From: Octopus sinensis
Lineage: Eukaryota
Assembly (NCBI RefSeq): GCF_006345805.1
Contig: NC_042998.1
Coordinates: 82,212,001 to 82,276,000 of the forward strand
Reading direction: 5' to 3'
DNA: 64,000 nucleotides
Position numbers and translations under genes: made by a program. Shown here piece by piece: positions 1 through 11,772 of the stretch; positions within the stretch are counted from its first letter, which is position 1, and the number at the start of each line of letters is the position of its first letter. Below the pieces are notes generated by a model. That model worked only from the letters and a program-made list of their open reading frames with translations. It ran no database searches and was not told the origin of the DNA.

Positions 1-39
1 TAAATTAGCATTGTTTAAATTATCATCGATTTGTTTTCC

Positions 40-200
40 TTGTTCCAGTCGTTGGACAGCCGTCATGCTGGAGCGCTTGATTACCGCCTTGAAGGGTTTG
101 GTAGAACAAATGATCTCCAGTAATTTCAATCGGTTATCTTGTCAAACCACTAAGTGGCACGGTCTGGTAGGAGAGATATACACAGACATAAAGACACAAA
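40..200 (-). mobile_element. Degraded SINE family A fragment (3' half)
   Basis: Diverged match to the cagtcatttgactgcggccatgctggagc...cacagacacac segment of the full copies at 21645 and 35640. Confidence 0.5.
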
Positions 201-221
201 TATCCATACACGGATATATAC

Positions 222-312
<91 letters not shown>

Positions 313-505
313 TGTATATGCCTATATTCATACATACTTGCGCACACTCACAGACACATACATATATGCACATATATCATTTAGATATATATGAGCATCT
401 CTAGATATGTAGCTATATGAATGAGAATACATATATAAAACATACAAATCTGCACATACATACATACATACATACATACATACATACATACATACATACA
501 TACAT
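190..505. repeat. (TA)n and (TACA)n microsatellites
   Basis: Directly visible dinucleotide and tetranucleotide tracts. Confidence 0.97.
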
Positions 506-1184
506 AGTTCCTGTTCACGAAATTCACTTACCGGGCATTAGTCCACCCGATGCTATAGTGGAGTATATTTACACAATGTGGTTTGCATTTCCACTGCAAG
601 CCACGTTGTAAAGCGAAATTTTTAAACTTAAACACGTAGACGTTTTAATATTTAAAAAAATAGGTATACAGTAAAGATAGTATATAATTGTATATGACGT
701 CCCGAATCAAGTAAAGCCTTGTTGGTTTATTTACTAGTAGACGCTGATTGCGTCTGTGGTGAGTCTGGAGGAATTCATTAGAAGCATCCCGCCATGGCAA
801 ATTTTCACGACAGGTAAATTATGAGTCTTATAACCAAATTGTTCACAACAATTGAGAAAGTATCCACTTACATCTCTCGTTTACAGCTAAGTTTTCTCTA
901 GGTAATTTGATTCAATATAGTCCTAAGCAATGGGACAAACATTGCAGTGGAACTGTGTTTGTGATCAGGGCGCATATGAGACGAAAGTTTTGATGCAAAA
1001 TAATAAATACGTTACCAGGTTATGTTACCAGGTTTTTTATGATTCTGGATGGAAAATATGTCTTCCATTTTTCATCTCTTCCATGAAATCGACCATGACG
1101 CATAAGTTATTCTTTTATAAATATGTTTTCAATATCTTTCATCTTTTATTCGTTTCAGTCATTAGGTGGTATTCTATGCTGGAA

Positions 1185-1345
1185 TACCACCTTCAAGAAT
1201 TTTAGTCCAACGAAACGACCACAGTACTTTTTTGAGAGTCCGGTACTTATTCTAACGGTATCTCTTACCGATTTGCTAAGTTGCGAAGATATAAACACTC
1301 CCAACACCGATTGTCAGGCGGTAGTGGGACACGCACACACATACA
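1185..1345 (-). mobile_element. Degraded SINE family A fragment
   Basis: gtacttattctaacggtatctcttaccgatttgctaag resembles gtacttattctatcggtctcttttgccgaaccgctaag of family A. Confidence 0.55.
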
Positions 1346-1587
1346 TGCTCACATGCATACACATACACAGACATACAAACACACACACATGTGGGGGCGG
1401 TCAAAATAAGGTAAAGAGCACTTAACATATTTCGTAGGAGTTACATGTATTATTTAAAACAGTGATTCGCTTCCGTGCTACTGCAAGCACGAGAGCCCGA
1501 TTCACTCAAACATCTGGAATACCGACTGGAGAAATCCAGGAAGTTCAAAGAAATAATATGGAACCGAATCAACCTGTTTTAAATTAC

Positions 1588-1636
<49 letters not shown>

Positions 1637-1640
1637 TGTA

Positions 1641-1797
1641 CACGACGAGCTTCTTTTAGTTTCCGCCTGCCAAATTCACTACTAAGGCTTTAGTCGGCCT
1701 GAGATTATTGTAGAAGACACTTTCCCAAGTTCTCACGCAATGGGACTGAACCCAAACCCATGCATTCGGAAAGCAAACTTCTTACTACACAGCCACA
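1641..1797 (-). mobile_element. SINE family A, 5' half
   Basis: Matches the 5' half of the copies at 21645-22058 and 26815-27216 (gaagacacttgcccaag...gggactgaaccc...cacagccac). Confidence 0.75.
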
Positions 1798-2399
1798 TCT
1801 GGAGTTCTTTTTCAAGTATCACGAAACATCAGATTCGTAAGTCACAGAACGGTTCGTTTTCTATGAACACAAACAGTATACTTTTAGTTTTGGTCAGATA
1901 AATTATATTTACTATGCAGTTCACAGTATTTTCAATTATAATTACAAGTAATGTAAATATATTTCTACAATACGGTTTGTACGTACACATCTAATAATAG
2001 GAGTAAATTTCAAAATGTACAATGTTAAATAAGCAAGCAATATTCATGCTTCATGTTGTACTCTAATATTAACATCCAAGAGGCGATGTATTGTATAGAC
2101 TATCTTCCTACGTAACAAATTAACTATGTATTTATGTATGCGTGTATATGCGTGAGAACGTTATTTACGATTTGGTTGCTGTAACTACTATGTCCTATAT
2201 GTTGTTCTTCATTACAGCTGGTTGACCAAGCACTGGATGTCCCTCCTTTTGTTAAGGGCCCCCTGGGTGGGTTAAACAATTCTTGATTCCACTTTTCATT
2301 GATAATCCGTTGTATGTGTTGCTCTAAATCACCCTTATAATCATTAAAAAATATCTAAATCTGAATTTTTATAGTCAGATTATTTATTAATTGTAATAA

Positions 2400-3200
2400 T
2401 GTGAACATTTAATATTTAGTACACATACCCTATGCATTGTTCAATGCAATGACCCTAATAGTCATGTTACTAATGAGATGACGAATATTCTCTTGCGGAA
2501 TTTCATGCAGTAATCTCCAAAGCTCTATGAAGATGTTTTCTTGTTCTTTTTATGAAATGTCCTGTCCATTATGTCACCAAAGTGTTCAATAGGGTTCAGA
2601 TCTGGTGACTGGATTGACCATGAAAGCTTTTTAATGTCATTCTCATCCAACAATTCTTGGGTCATTTTAGCCGTGTGATAAGGAACCCCATCTCCCATAA
2701 ATAAAGAGTCTTCTTTAAACATATCACCACTGGAGAAGATTGGAAGGAGTTCTTTCTGCAATATGGACATATATTTATCGGAGTTTGTGTTGCCCTCACA
2801 CTCCACCAGCTTTGATCAACCATTGCTCTAAATTGCTCCTCAGACCATCACAGAATAGCTGCCATGTTTCATTATTGGCTGCAATCTTTTCACATCAAAT
2901 TCTTGATCACAAGGTCTCCAGACCTACACTAGACCACTGTCAGGAAATACAGCAAATCTAGACTCATCAGTGGCTTTATTCTTGCTGCTCTGCCATAGTA
3001 ACCAAGTTTGTGGAGATAATTGACTGCTATTCTGGAATTGACATTAACTTATTCTGTTTTACCAGAGGCCTTGCAACGAGGATTGTCCTCCACACATCTC
3101 TTAACAAAGGGAAGGATCCTGTGAGATGGCCCTGTTTTATCTGGGCGAGATGATGCGTAATCCTTCCTTTCTCTTGTGAATTGCATAATCACTTTGGTAA
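2400..3200 (-). mobile_element. Tc1-type DDE transposase remnant (disrupted)
   Basis: Minus-strand translation gives TDESRF (first catalytic D, near 2965), GDGVPYHTAK and WSIQSPDLNPIEH (ORF 2525-2806), typical Tc1 motifs; stops and frameshifts; TIRs not found. Confidence 0.88.
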
Positions 3201-3461
3201 CTGAAGAAAGTGGGACTCTGAGGTTTTCAGGGATTTTAACATATGTCCACCCTCAGAACTACGGCAGCTTTGAAATACAGACAGTTCTAAGAATTCTTTT
3301 GGACATGACATGATTAAACAGTCGCATAGAGCATGAAACATAAAAATATCACTTAATAAAAACAATATATGCATATACAAGTTAGAATAAACATAAAATG
3401 ATGTTTAACGGCGTATCTATTTACTTTTGCCATGTCTGAGTATATATATGTGTATATTTGT

Positions 3462-3645
3462 GTGCGTATCTGTGTTTGTCCCCACACGATCGCTTGACAC
3501 CCAATTTTTTGGTGCTTACGTCCCTGTAACTTAGCGGTTTGCCATAAGAGACCGATAAGATAAATACTACGCTTACAAAGAATATGTCCTCGGGTCGATT
3601 TGTTCGGCTAAAGGCATGGTCGCGGTCAAATGACTAAAACAACTA
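3462..3645 (+). mobile_element. SINE family A, 3' half
   Basis: ctgtgtttgtcccc...cttagcggtt...gagaccgata...ggtcgatttg...caaatgactaaaacaa matches the 3' half of 26815-27216. Confidence 0.75.
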
Positions 3646-3647
3646 AT

Positions 3648-3789
<142 letters not shown>

Positions 3790-3837
3790 GGGGAAAAGGT
3801 CAAGGTAGAAAAGAGTAAAATAATTTTATAAAAAACA

Positions 3838-3879
3838 TTTCAGTACCGGTTTCAGTCATTGAGACTTTTTCAACTGTAA
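3838..3879 (-). ncRNA. Type I hammerhead ribozyme-like motif, U3-A8 variant (family A)
   Basis: Minus strand: uuacag UUGAAAA AGUC ucaau GACU GAAAC CG GUA cugaaa; stems I, II and III all pair; palindromic ACCGGU stem III. Confidence 0.75.
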
Positions 3880-4084
3880 GTATGGAAAACAATTAAATTT
3901 TGGAAAACTTAAATGAAAAGTTTTTTAAAAGAATATTTGCATAGTGTTCAAATACAAGTGGCATTATCCTTGTTTCTGTCTGTTTCTCTCTCTCTTGTTT
4001 ACTCTTGCGGGTTCGAAGTCGTTGTGAATTCTTGGTAGGGAAGAAGAAGAAGAAGAAGAAGAAGAAGAAGAAGAAGAAGAAGAA

Positions 4085-4128
<44 letters not shown>

Positions 4129-4129
<1 letters not shown>

Positions 4130-4980
4130 TGCGGGTCCTGCATGTGAAACCCACCGCCTCAGTAATTTTTTAGATACCCTCTTAAAACCATTCTTTAAGC
4201 ATGTCAAAAGCTATATAAGGGACGACATGGATATGCTCAATAACCTTCTTAAAACAATAAACAAAACCACCCTACTAGTATCCTTCGACGTATTCAAACT
4301 CTATTCAAATATCTCCCACAATCTAGGAATAGAGGCAATTCAATTCTGGCTAGAGAATTACGCCAACGAACTCCCACATCGCATCAAAAAAGAATTCGTG
4401 ATAGAAGGGCTAAAATTCATTCTGGACAATAACTGCTTCGTCTTCAAAGACAACTTCTACCAAAAAAATCGGGGACTGCGATGGGTACGAGAATGGCCCC
4501 CTCCTTTGCAAACCTAGTCATTGTATTTCTAGAAATTAGTCTTTATCGTAAGATTCTAGAAAAATACGGCATCCCATTCTCCTCTCCTCCTACACAGAAA
4601 ATAACTGGAAGAGATACCTGGATGACTGTTTCATTCTTCGGCATGAAAATACGGAGAAACTTAAAGAAATCCAAGCACTTTTAAATGGACTTGACGTAAA
4701 CATTCAATATAACCAGCAACAACTGCCCTTCCTCGACATCCTCATTAAGAAATCTAACAACGTAATAGAAAGAGATATATACTATAAGCCTACGGACTCC
4801 AAGCAATATCTACCGCTCAATTCATGCCTCCCCAAATACATCAGAATGAATATCCCCTTCAACCTAGCAAAAAGGATATGTGCTATAGTTTCTAATGCAA
4901 ACATCAGAGACACACGATTTCATGAACTAAAGGATACACTCATTACCAGGAACTACCCACTCATTACCAGGAACTAATTG
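4129..4980 (+). pseudogene. PLE reverse transcriptase fragment (frameshifted)
   Basis: ORFs 4005-4517 and 4481-4684 plus downstream frames with PLE RT motifs. Confidence 0.85.
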
Positions 4981-4997
4981 ACGTATGCTTTCAACCA

Positions 4998-5177
4998 TTT
5001 GATCAACCATTGCTCTAAATTGCTCCTCAGACCATCACAGAATAGCTGCCATGTTTCATTATTGGCTGCAATCTTTTCACATCAAATTCTTGATCACAAA
5101 GTCTCCAGACCTACACTAGACCACTGTCAGGAAATACAGCAAATCTAGACTCATCAGTGGCTTTATTCCTGCTGCTC
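4998..5177 (+). other. 180-bp copy of the Tc1 remnant 2811-2990 inserted inside PLE1
   Basis: Same orientation and near-identical to 2811-2990 (2 differences seen by eye). Confidence 0.92.
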
Positions 5178-5439
5178 AACATCCAGGAACTCAGCCATCT
5201 CAAATTAAAGAAGGATTTACAACCAAAAGCCCTAACATACATCACGCACAACCCTTTCAACAATGAAGCCTTTGACAGTATCCGTCAAAACATTCCCCTG
5301 CTAAAAAAGGACCACAGAATGACCTTAATCCTCCAAAAACACACGCCTTGATAAAAAGCAAGAGACAGCCTAAATTTATGAAAAGTCTCCTAACACAAGC
5401 CTGAATACGCTCAACGACAACACAGACGCCGTCAGCAAA

Positions 5440-5867
5440 AAATGCGGAAGACGTAACTGTGGGATATGCGTCAATTCAATTGAGGGATCAGAGCTCTCCT
5501 TCAGGGGCAATGTTTCACAGTGAAAATGAACTTCACATGTGCTTCGGAGAACTTCATATTCGCACTAACTTGCTCTGGGTGTCGAGAGGAATACATAGGG
5601 CAAACAAAAACCAGTCTATGTAAAAGAATGGCTCTGCTCAGATTTCAGATCAAAATTCCCCAAAACAGAAAAATAGCATTCAGCCAACTCATAGACCTTT
5701 GTGTCAATAACAAAAATCCAAGCTTCAGAATTTTTCCCCTCTACCAATTCAGGGACGATACAACCTGTAGCCAACGAATTAGTAAAGAGACTCTCTTTAT
5801 TACAAAATATAGACCCCTTTTGAAGGCGCCTACAACAAACGACATATCCACCACGGCCTTAGAATAA
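5440..5867 (+). pseudogene. PLE GIY-YIG endonuclease fragment
   Basis: ORF 5520-5867 NFTCASENFIFALTCSGCREEYIGQTKTSLCKRM preceded by a CxxxxCxxC linker. Confidence 0.85.
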
Positions 5868-6477
5868 CACGCAAATATTAAAAATGATGCACTCAAAAGA
5901 TTCCCAAGAATTCATTAAAAAACAGTTCCAGTGTCTGCTATAATCCATAACGATCCAATTTTATGTCACTTGACCATTAACACCTTACTGCTATCATACT
6001 ACCTACATTCCTTCTTATTGTCCCTTCTCTTTCTTCTTCTTCCTCTTCGCCACCTCCTTCCCAACTTTACCACTGTTGCTATTTAGAATAACACCTACGC
6101 AAGTTTTATAAACAAAACATTCAAAAGAGATGTTTCAGGAATTCAATCAATGCTGTTATTCACTGCGGTTCACCTTCGGGGCAGTTGGCCATTCAACATA
6201 CTACTGTTATGGCTCTCCCGCATTCTTCTTCTTCTTCTTCTTCTTCTTCTTCTTCTTCTTCTTCTTCTTCTTCTTCTTCTTCTTCTTCTTCTTCTTCTTC
6301 TCTTCTTCTTCTTCTTCCCTACGAAGAATTCACAACGACCTCGAACCCACAAGAGGAAACAAGAGAGAGAGAAACATGCAGAAACAAGGAAAATGCTACT
6401 TGTATTTGAGCACTATTCAAATAATCTCTTAAAAAACTTTTCTGTTAATCTTTCCAAAATTTAATTGTTTTCCATAC

Positions 6478-6519
6478 TTACAGTTGAAAAAGTCTCAATG
6501 CCTGAAACCGGTACTGAAA
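6478..6519 (+). ncRNA. Type I hammerhead ribozyme-like motif, U3-A8 variant (family A, stem II mismatch)
   Basis: ttacag TTGAAAA AGTC tcaat GCCT GAAAC CG GTA ctgaaa. Confidence 0.65.
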
Positions 6520-6795
6520 TGTTTTTTTATAAAATTAATTTAGCATTTTCTATGTTGTCTCTTTTTTCCATATATATCAACTCGTGTGTTCCTTTTCAAC
6601 CTTCTACATACATACATACATACATACATACATACATACATACAGATATATATATGTGTGTGTGTGTGTGTGTGTAGACCCAGGTTGCGTGCAATATATT
6701 GTCCAAATTACACAAAAGTGAAAATAACACTGATAACTCAATTTAACAGATATATTTACCAAAAAAAACATTAAATTATTTTGAAATACTAAACA

Positions 6796-6852
6796 GCGGT
6801 GGTGCCCCAGCATGGCCGCGGCCTTCGGGCTAAAACATTTTAAGGATTTAAG
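6796..6852 (+). mobile_element. Isolated LINE/SINE-type 3' tail
   Basis: gcggtggtgccccagcatggccgcggcc resembles the CR1-like 3' tail at about 29985-30025. Confidence 0.6.
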
Positions 6853-7554
6853 TATTCAAACACGGGCTTCGGACGACTTCGCAATCACCTGCAACTCTTC
6901 TGGACGGTCTCCTTCTGTAAGATGGGGAATACTGCCATAATCCTTGCCTTTGGCGGAAGAAATAGTTTTGCTGGTCTCTCACTCAACTGTGCTCCACACA
7001 TAATAATCAAGGGGAGTTGCAATCTGGGGCCAGATTTTAGGGGTGATGTGGTCACAGAAGTTGTCTGAGAGCCATGACTGGATTTTCCTGCTGGTGTAGG
7101 AGGGTACAGGGTCCGATGCCAGGCATAGGGTCTTCCAGCAGCCACCTTGTTGACGCAGGGCAGCAATACGTCTTCAAGCCACATGATTATGCGTCCGTCT
7201 TGAGTTTGAGGCCACGTGGGAAGATGAAGCGGGGGCATAACGTTGCCATCACTAGTAATCACTCTCGGTACAGGTGATTTTTATCACTCTCGGTACAGGT
7301 CCTCACGTTGCACTGTCCTCAGATTGACATCCAAAACTCTGCAATTTTCGTATTGGAGCTTCCTACACGAATTCCAAGCAGTATATCATGCCGTTTCCAA
7401 CTTTGTGGCAGAGTGAATTACATCATGTTGCTGTTTTCCTCACAATCGGTGCCCAGCTGTCCCAATGATACTATGTAGTCGACAAAATCCAAATCAAACA
7501 ATGCGCATGCGCGAAACTAATAATATAATACGGCCACAATATACCCATTGCACC

Positions 7555-7558
<4 letters not shown>
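6853..7558 (-). mobile_element. maT/DD37D-like Tc1/mariner transposon remnant with internal deletion
   Basis: Minus ORF 6885-7262 SDGNVMPP...VLLPCVNKVAAGRPYAW...ARIMAVF..LQKETVQKSCR; terminus tacagggtgc abutting (TA)n at 7558; DD37D assignment is from motif recall. Confidence 0.8.
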
Positions 7559-7616
<58 letters not shown>

Positions 7617-9039
7617 GTATACAGAGAGAAAGAGAGGAAAGAGATAACAAAACATATATACACACGCACTACACATACATATACACACGCACTACACATA
7701 CATATACACACGCATTACACATACATATACACACACAGAGAGTCTATATTAGCGTAATTCACTTAAAATTTCTAAGATATACACTTATATCTTAGCTCAA
7801 ATTCTAAAATATTCATCACAAATTCTGTTTGTCTCGTGTAATCGTCTGCTCACTGATATGATCTAGCTATGTTCAAGCCATTGAAACCGAAACTTTGTGT
7901 AATGCATACAAATAAAATAATAATCATTAAACATATTTCCTTTTGAGAATTTCAGCTGCATTCGTTATATATTCTTAATTCACACTAAATATGAAATTTC
8001 AAATCCTGTATGAAACAGAAAATTCGAATCGTATTTTATATTGCTTGGTGTTGTAGTATGGAGAAAATAGTCTTGCACTATATTAAAATATATTTTAGAA
8101 CTGTTTATGAGAATATTTAATATAGAATTTATTGATATTCCTTTGAGATTTTTACAGCTTTCTTATTTATGAAGGAAGTAATTCAGAAATTCCCCGAGGA
8201 GCATTGTAATAATATAACATAACAACATTTAGTTATGGTCTCTTAAATATAATTCTATCTTATTTTTAGATGTTCAGAGAGTAATAAACTCTATTGTAAA
8301 CTTCATAGAGAAGGAGAATATTACTAATATTCTACGTGGACAAAATTAACTTTATTGCGAATTTTTTAATGATGTTCTTACGCGATAGAGGTAACAGTCT
8401 CCGATGTATACCAAATACATTTCTGTTTAATACTAAATTTCTTAATACATCAAAACGGTTCAACACGAGCTCTGAAATAGAAGAATCCTTTGGATGCTTA
8501 TCCGAAGCAAATATCCACGTGTCCTTATAATTTTATTTACTTCTTTTTTTCACACCTTCACCCATACACACTCTTTCAATCTTTTTTGCTTCTTGTTTCT
8601 ATATACATGCGTAAAAATAAAATATATGTATATATGTATAGATGTGTGTATGTGTGTGTGTGTGTATAATGCGAAGAAATAGGGGTATTAAATCTGGGTA
8701 GGTACCTCACAAATATTCCGGTATTATTCAGGTTCTGGCGAATTACATCGATTGATACTCGTAGTTGTAAAACACCTTCAATAAAGATGCATGTATACGT
8801 TTACCATGGATGAAATTATAATGCAAGTGGGATATCTATGCAGTAGAAACACACGTCGGATAGACATCTAATGTGTCTGTATTTGTATCGTTTGTAACAA
8901 GCTTTGGGGATGTATCAAGAATACACTGTTATTTTAATGTCTTGCATTTTTATACATACATACATACATACATACATACATACACAAACACATATGTATA
9001 TGATGTGTGCACGTGCGTGTGCGTGAATGCGTGTGTGTA

Positions 9040-10165
9040 TGTTCTTTTATTAGTGCTGCGGGCATGCTAGGGCCGTGCCGTCTGGTTGCTACACTTTTAC
9101 TACTTGACATATCCTCTTTCTGATATTGCTTTCCCCATCTATGTTTCCTGCCGCGAGGTGGATTCATCCTGAACTCTTGACAAGAGGAGACCCAGTCCTA
9201 TTTTGACATCACTTCATGCACTTCGTGTAGGTCTCCTAGACTTTTGGTGGAGATATTGAAGATCTGCAGACCCTGGAAATGCAATCTGTTGCAGCTTCTG
9301 GTCCTGTATCCTGATGGCAATTTTGGAACTATGCAATGGCATCCCGTTCAGCTCTTTGTAAAACTTTCAATACCCAAGTTTGGTACAATCACTTCCAAGA
9401 TTTTCCAGATTTATATCACTCCATATCTTTTCAGCCTTTATTCGAGTGAGTGGAATCTTAACATTTTCAGCATTTCCAATAGCTGATTAGTTACATTGAT
9501 ACGACCATCTTTGTGTCGCTGGATTGCTTCGAGTTACGCCGTAAATTTTAACTGCGTGCTGTCATTAACTGGGGAAAATAATCTAAACGGTTGAGTACAA
9601 ATGTCATCCAGAGGACCATCATAGTTTCTTGTTCTTTCGTTCTGAAATTCTTGGAATCCATCTTGCCAGCTGCAGACATTTTATTGCCAACTCAGTAATA
9701 TGCACTTGGAAAGATGCATTATTACTCATGCCAATGTCCAGGAAACCCATTGATTTTGATTCACGAAATGCAATTCCAAATGGGACAGTTTTTTCCTGAC
9801 TGCATTTCATTCAGTTTCATGTGCCGGTAGTGTGCAGGGCTTGGAATTTTCCAGGAATAATCTGCATGCGATTTTCATCAGCCTATATTCTTTTCTTCTG
9901 CATATATTCTTTTCGGGACTTGTTCCAGCTGCGCAACATCCTTAGATTTTCTGTATCATCTGAAGCTAGCAAGGGTGAACATATTTGTACATTTGGGACT
10001 CCACTTATCATTTGCGTTTCCTTAGAGGTAATCCCGTTGCATTCTACTACGTGACTTCCATCTTGTAGAAAGTGATGTAGCCATTCTCCAAGTTTTTCGA
10101 ATAGCTTGAGATTACGCAGCTTGGGATTTATCATATCATAGTTGGCTTTATGAAAGGCTACAGAA
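9040..10165 (-). mobile_element. Degraded CR1-like LINE, 3' part
   Basis: Minus ORFs KLGEWLHHFL...NGITSKETQMISGVP and ASFQVHITELAIKCLQLARWI parallel the RT at 28691-29801; ends in the same cagcatggccgcagc-like tail. Confidence 0.85.
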
Positions 10166-10182
10166 TATATATATATACATAC

Positions 10183-10269
<87 letters not shown>

Positions 10270-10355
10270 AAACTAAAGTTATTAATCTATTAATAACTTA
10301 ATCCTATTAATCTTTTTGTTCCTGACAAGAAACAATCACTGTATTATTGATATTG

Positions 10356-10386
<31 letters not shown>

Positions 10387-10406
10387 TGATGTATGTATGT
10401 ATGTAT

Positions 10407-10963
10407 GTCAGGTCACTTTCGAGTGCTGCTGGTAACATGTAACCCAGTACAACCTGTTGCATGGTCGGGTCGTCGGCGACTAAACCGGCAACCAGACCAA
10501 GCTTGCTTGGTGAAGAGGGTGTTTACTGGACACCCCGCGGGATAAAAAACGAAACCCGTCAAAGGGCGGAGGAACTCTTGAAAGTCAACGGCCATCCAAT
10601 AAATGTCTTAAGGATTTATTATGCGCGGGGACATAGAAATAATCTGACTGAATACCCGATCGCGCGGTTAAACCATTGGGAGTGAAGGACTCCTAGCCTT
10701 TGTTAGGGCATCCTTCTAGGAGAAGGTAACTCGGGTAACTGGAATAACTCCGACATAAAACCTGCAGCTCAGTGGTTACCGATGACGTTGACTTGTTCTT
10801 CTTTCGGATTATGGCTGCTGTTGCTTAGTGAGTGGGATTGGGATTAACTCAGTGCACAGCCTTTCCTCACTTTACAAAAAATCTTGCACAGGCATTGCTC
10901 GATAACAACATTGATTAATCTTCATGCAATGGCCATACTCGATAACGAGGGAACAGCCACCAT
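10407..10963 (+). mobile_element. Non-autonomous element resembling an RTE-LINE 5' UTR, inserted in (GTAT)n
   Basis: Second copy at 33733-34285 on the minus strand; contains gggcatccttctaggagaaggtaactc, recalled as typical of RTE 5' UTRs; no RT ORF. Confidence 0.65.
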
Positions 10964-11084
10964 GTATGTATGTATGTATGTTTGTTTGTATGTATATCAC
11001 ATCCACATTTGAGTTGTTGAGCGACTATTTTAACATCTAATCATAGTGCTGTAAGAGCTGTATCAGGGAACATCCATCTGTCAT

Positions 11085-11420
11085 TCAAACTCATACACTT
11101 CAAAGAAACCAATTAGTTATACAGTGATTGTTCGTTCCATGACTTTGCGGCCGTGTGATGACAGAGAAATAGGCCTGTAGTTGTGAATATGTGCCATAGT
11201 TCCTCCTCAGTGGAGAGGGCATGTTATTCGTCAATTCGTAGATTACCACTTGCAAGGAAATTCTGAAAAAGAAGCTGCAGTAGTTTTGAAATGGATTGTT
11301 TGCATGATTTAAAAGGTATTTCAGGAAATTCGAAGTCCAGCAGCTGAGTTTGCATCCACCTCGTTTATGGCTAGTATTAATTCTTCTTTGATGTCGATTT
11401 AGTCAATTTTTACCTTTATA
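11085..11420 (-). mobile_element. CR1-like RT N-terminal fragment, probably the same element as 9040-10165
   Basis: Minus translation VDANSAAG...NYRPISLSSHGRKVMER. Confidence 0.75.
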
Positions 11421-11444
11421 GTTGTAGAAAATTCCGCATACTAC

Positions 11445-11559
11445 TTTCTTACAATGTTATAGTTTAGAAGAAATGACCGGTTTCGCGTTCAGCTTTTCAA
11501 ATTTGAAAAGCTGAACGCGAAACCCGTCATTTCTTCTAAACTATGTCATCGTAAGAAAC
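11445..11559. repeat. Near-perfect palindrome with a hammerhead-like motif on each strand (family B)
   Basis: Arms centred on caaatttg; minus 11471-11504 reads aaau UUGAAAA GC ugaac GC GAAAC CG GUC auuu; plus 11499-11532 is the same with loop CC. Confidence 0.85.
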
Positions 11560-11720
11560 AAAATTTATAAGATTCTTCAGACATATTGACTCAAATATAT
11601 ATTTTTTAACCTTTTAAAACAAGCCTTCTGTAGTTTTTTCACTTGTTACTATTTTATATATATTCAACCACGTGCTTTCACAAACCAACTTTCTCATATA
11701 TATATATATATATTATATAT

Positions 11721-11771
<51 letters not shown>

Positions 11772-11772
<1 letters not shown>

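Larger units (their letters stand above)
3791..6570 (+). mobile_element. Penelope-like retroelement (PLE1), 5'-truncated, with an inverted copy of its 3' end
   Basis: RT fragments AGPACETHRLSNFLDTLLKPF, LLVSFDVFKLYSNI and GTRMAPSFANL; Cys-rich linker KCGRRNCGICV; GIY-YIG-type FALTCSGCREEYIGQTK; 3791-4135 is the reverse complement of 6216-6570, including a (GAA)n/(TTC)n tract. Confidence 0.9.

Noticed and set aside
11-611. ORFs rich in IY/YI, CV/VC, HT/TH, poly-K/F/R/S/L here and throughout the window
   Set aside because: They are translations of (TA)n, (TG)n, (TACA)n and (GAA)n microsatellites
10407-10520. HDV-like or twister ribozyme at the 5' end of the RTE-like element (ggcgactaaacc)
   Set aside because: I could not build the nested P1/P2/P3 pseudoknot or the twister consensus by hand; it needs a covariance-model search
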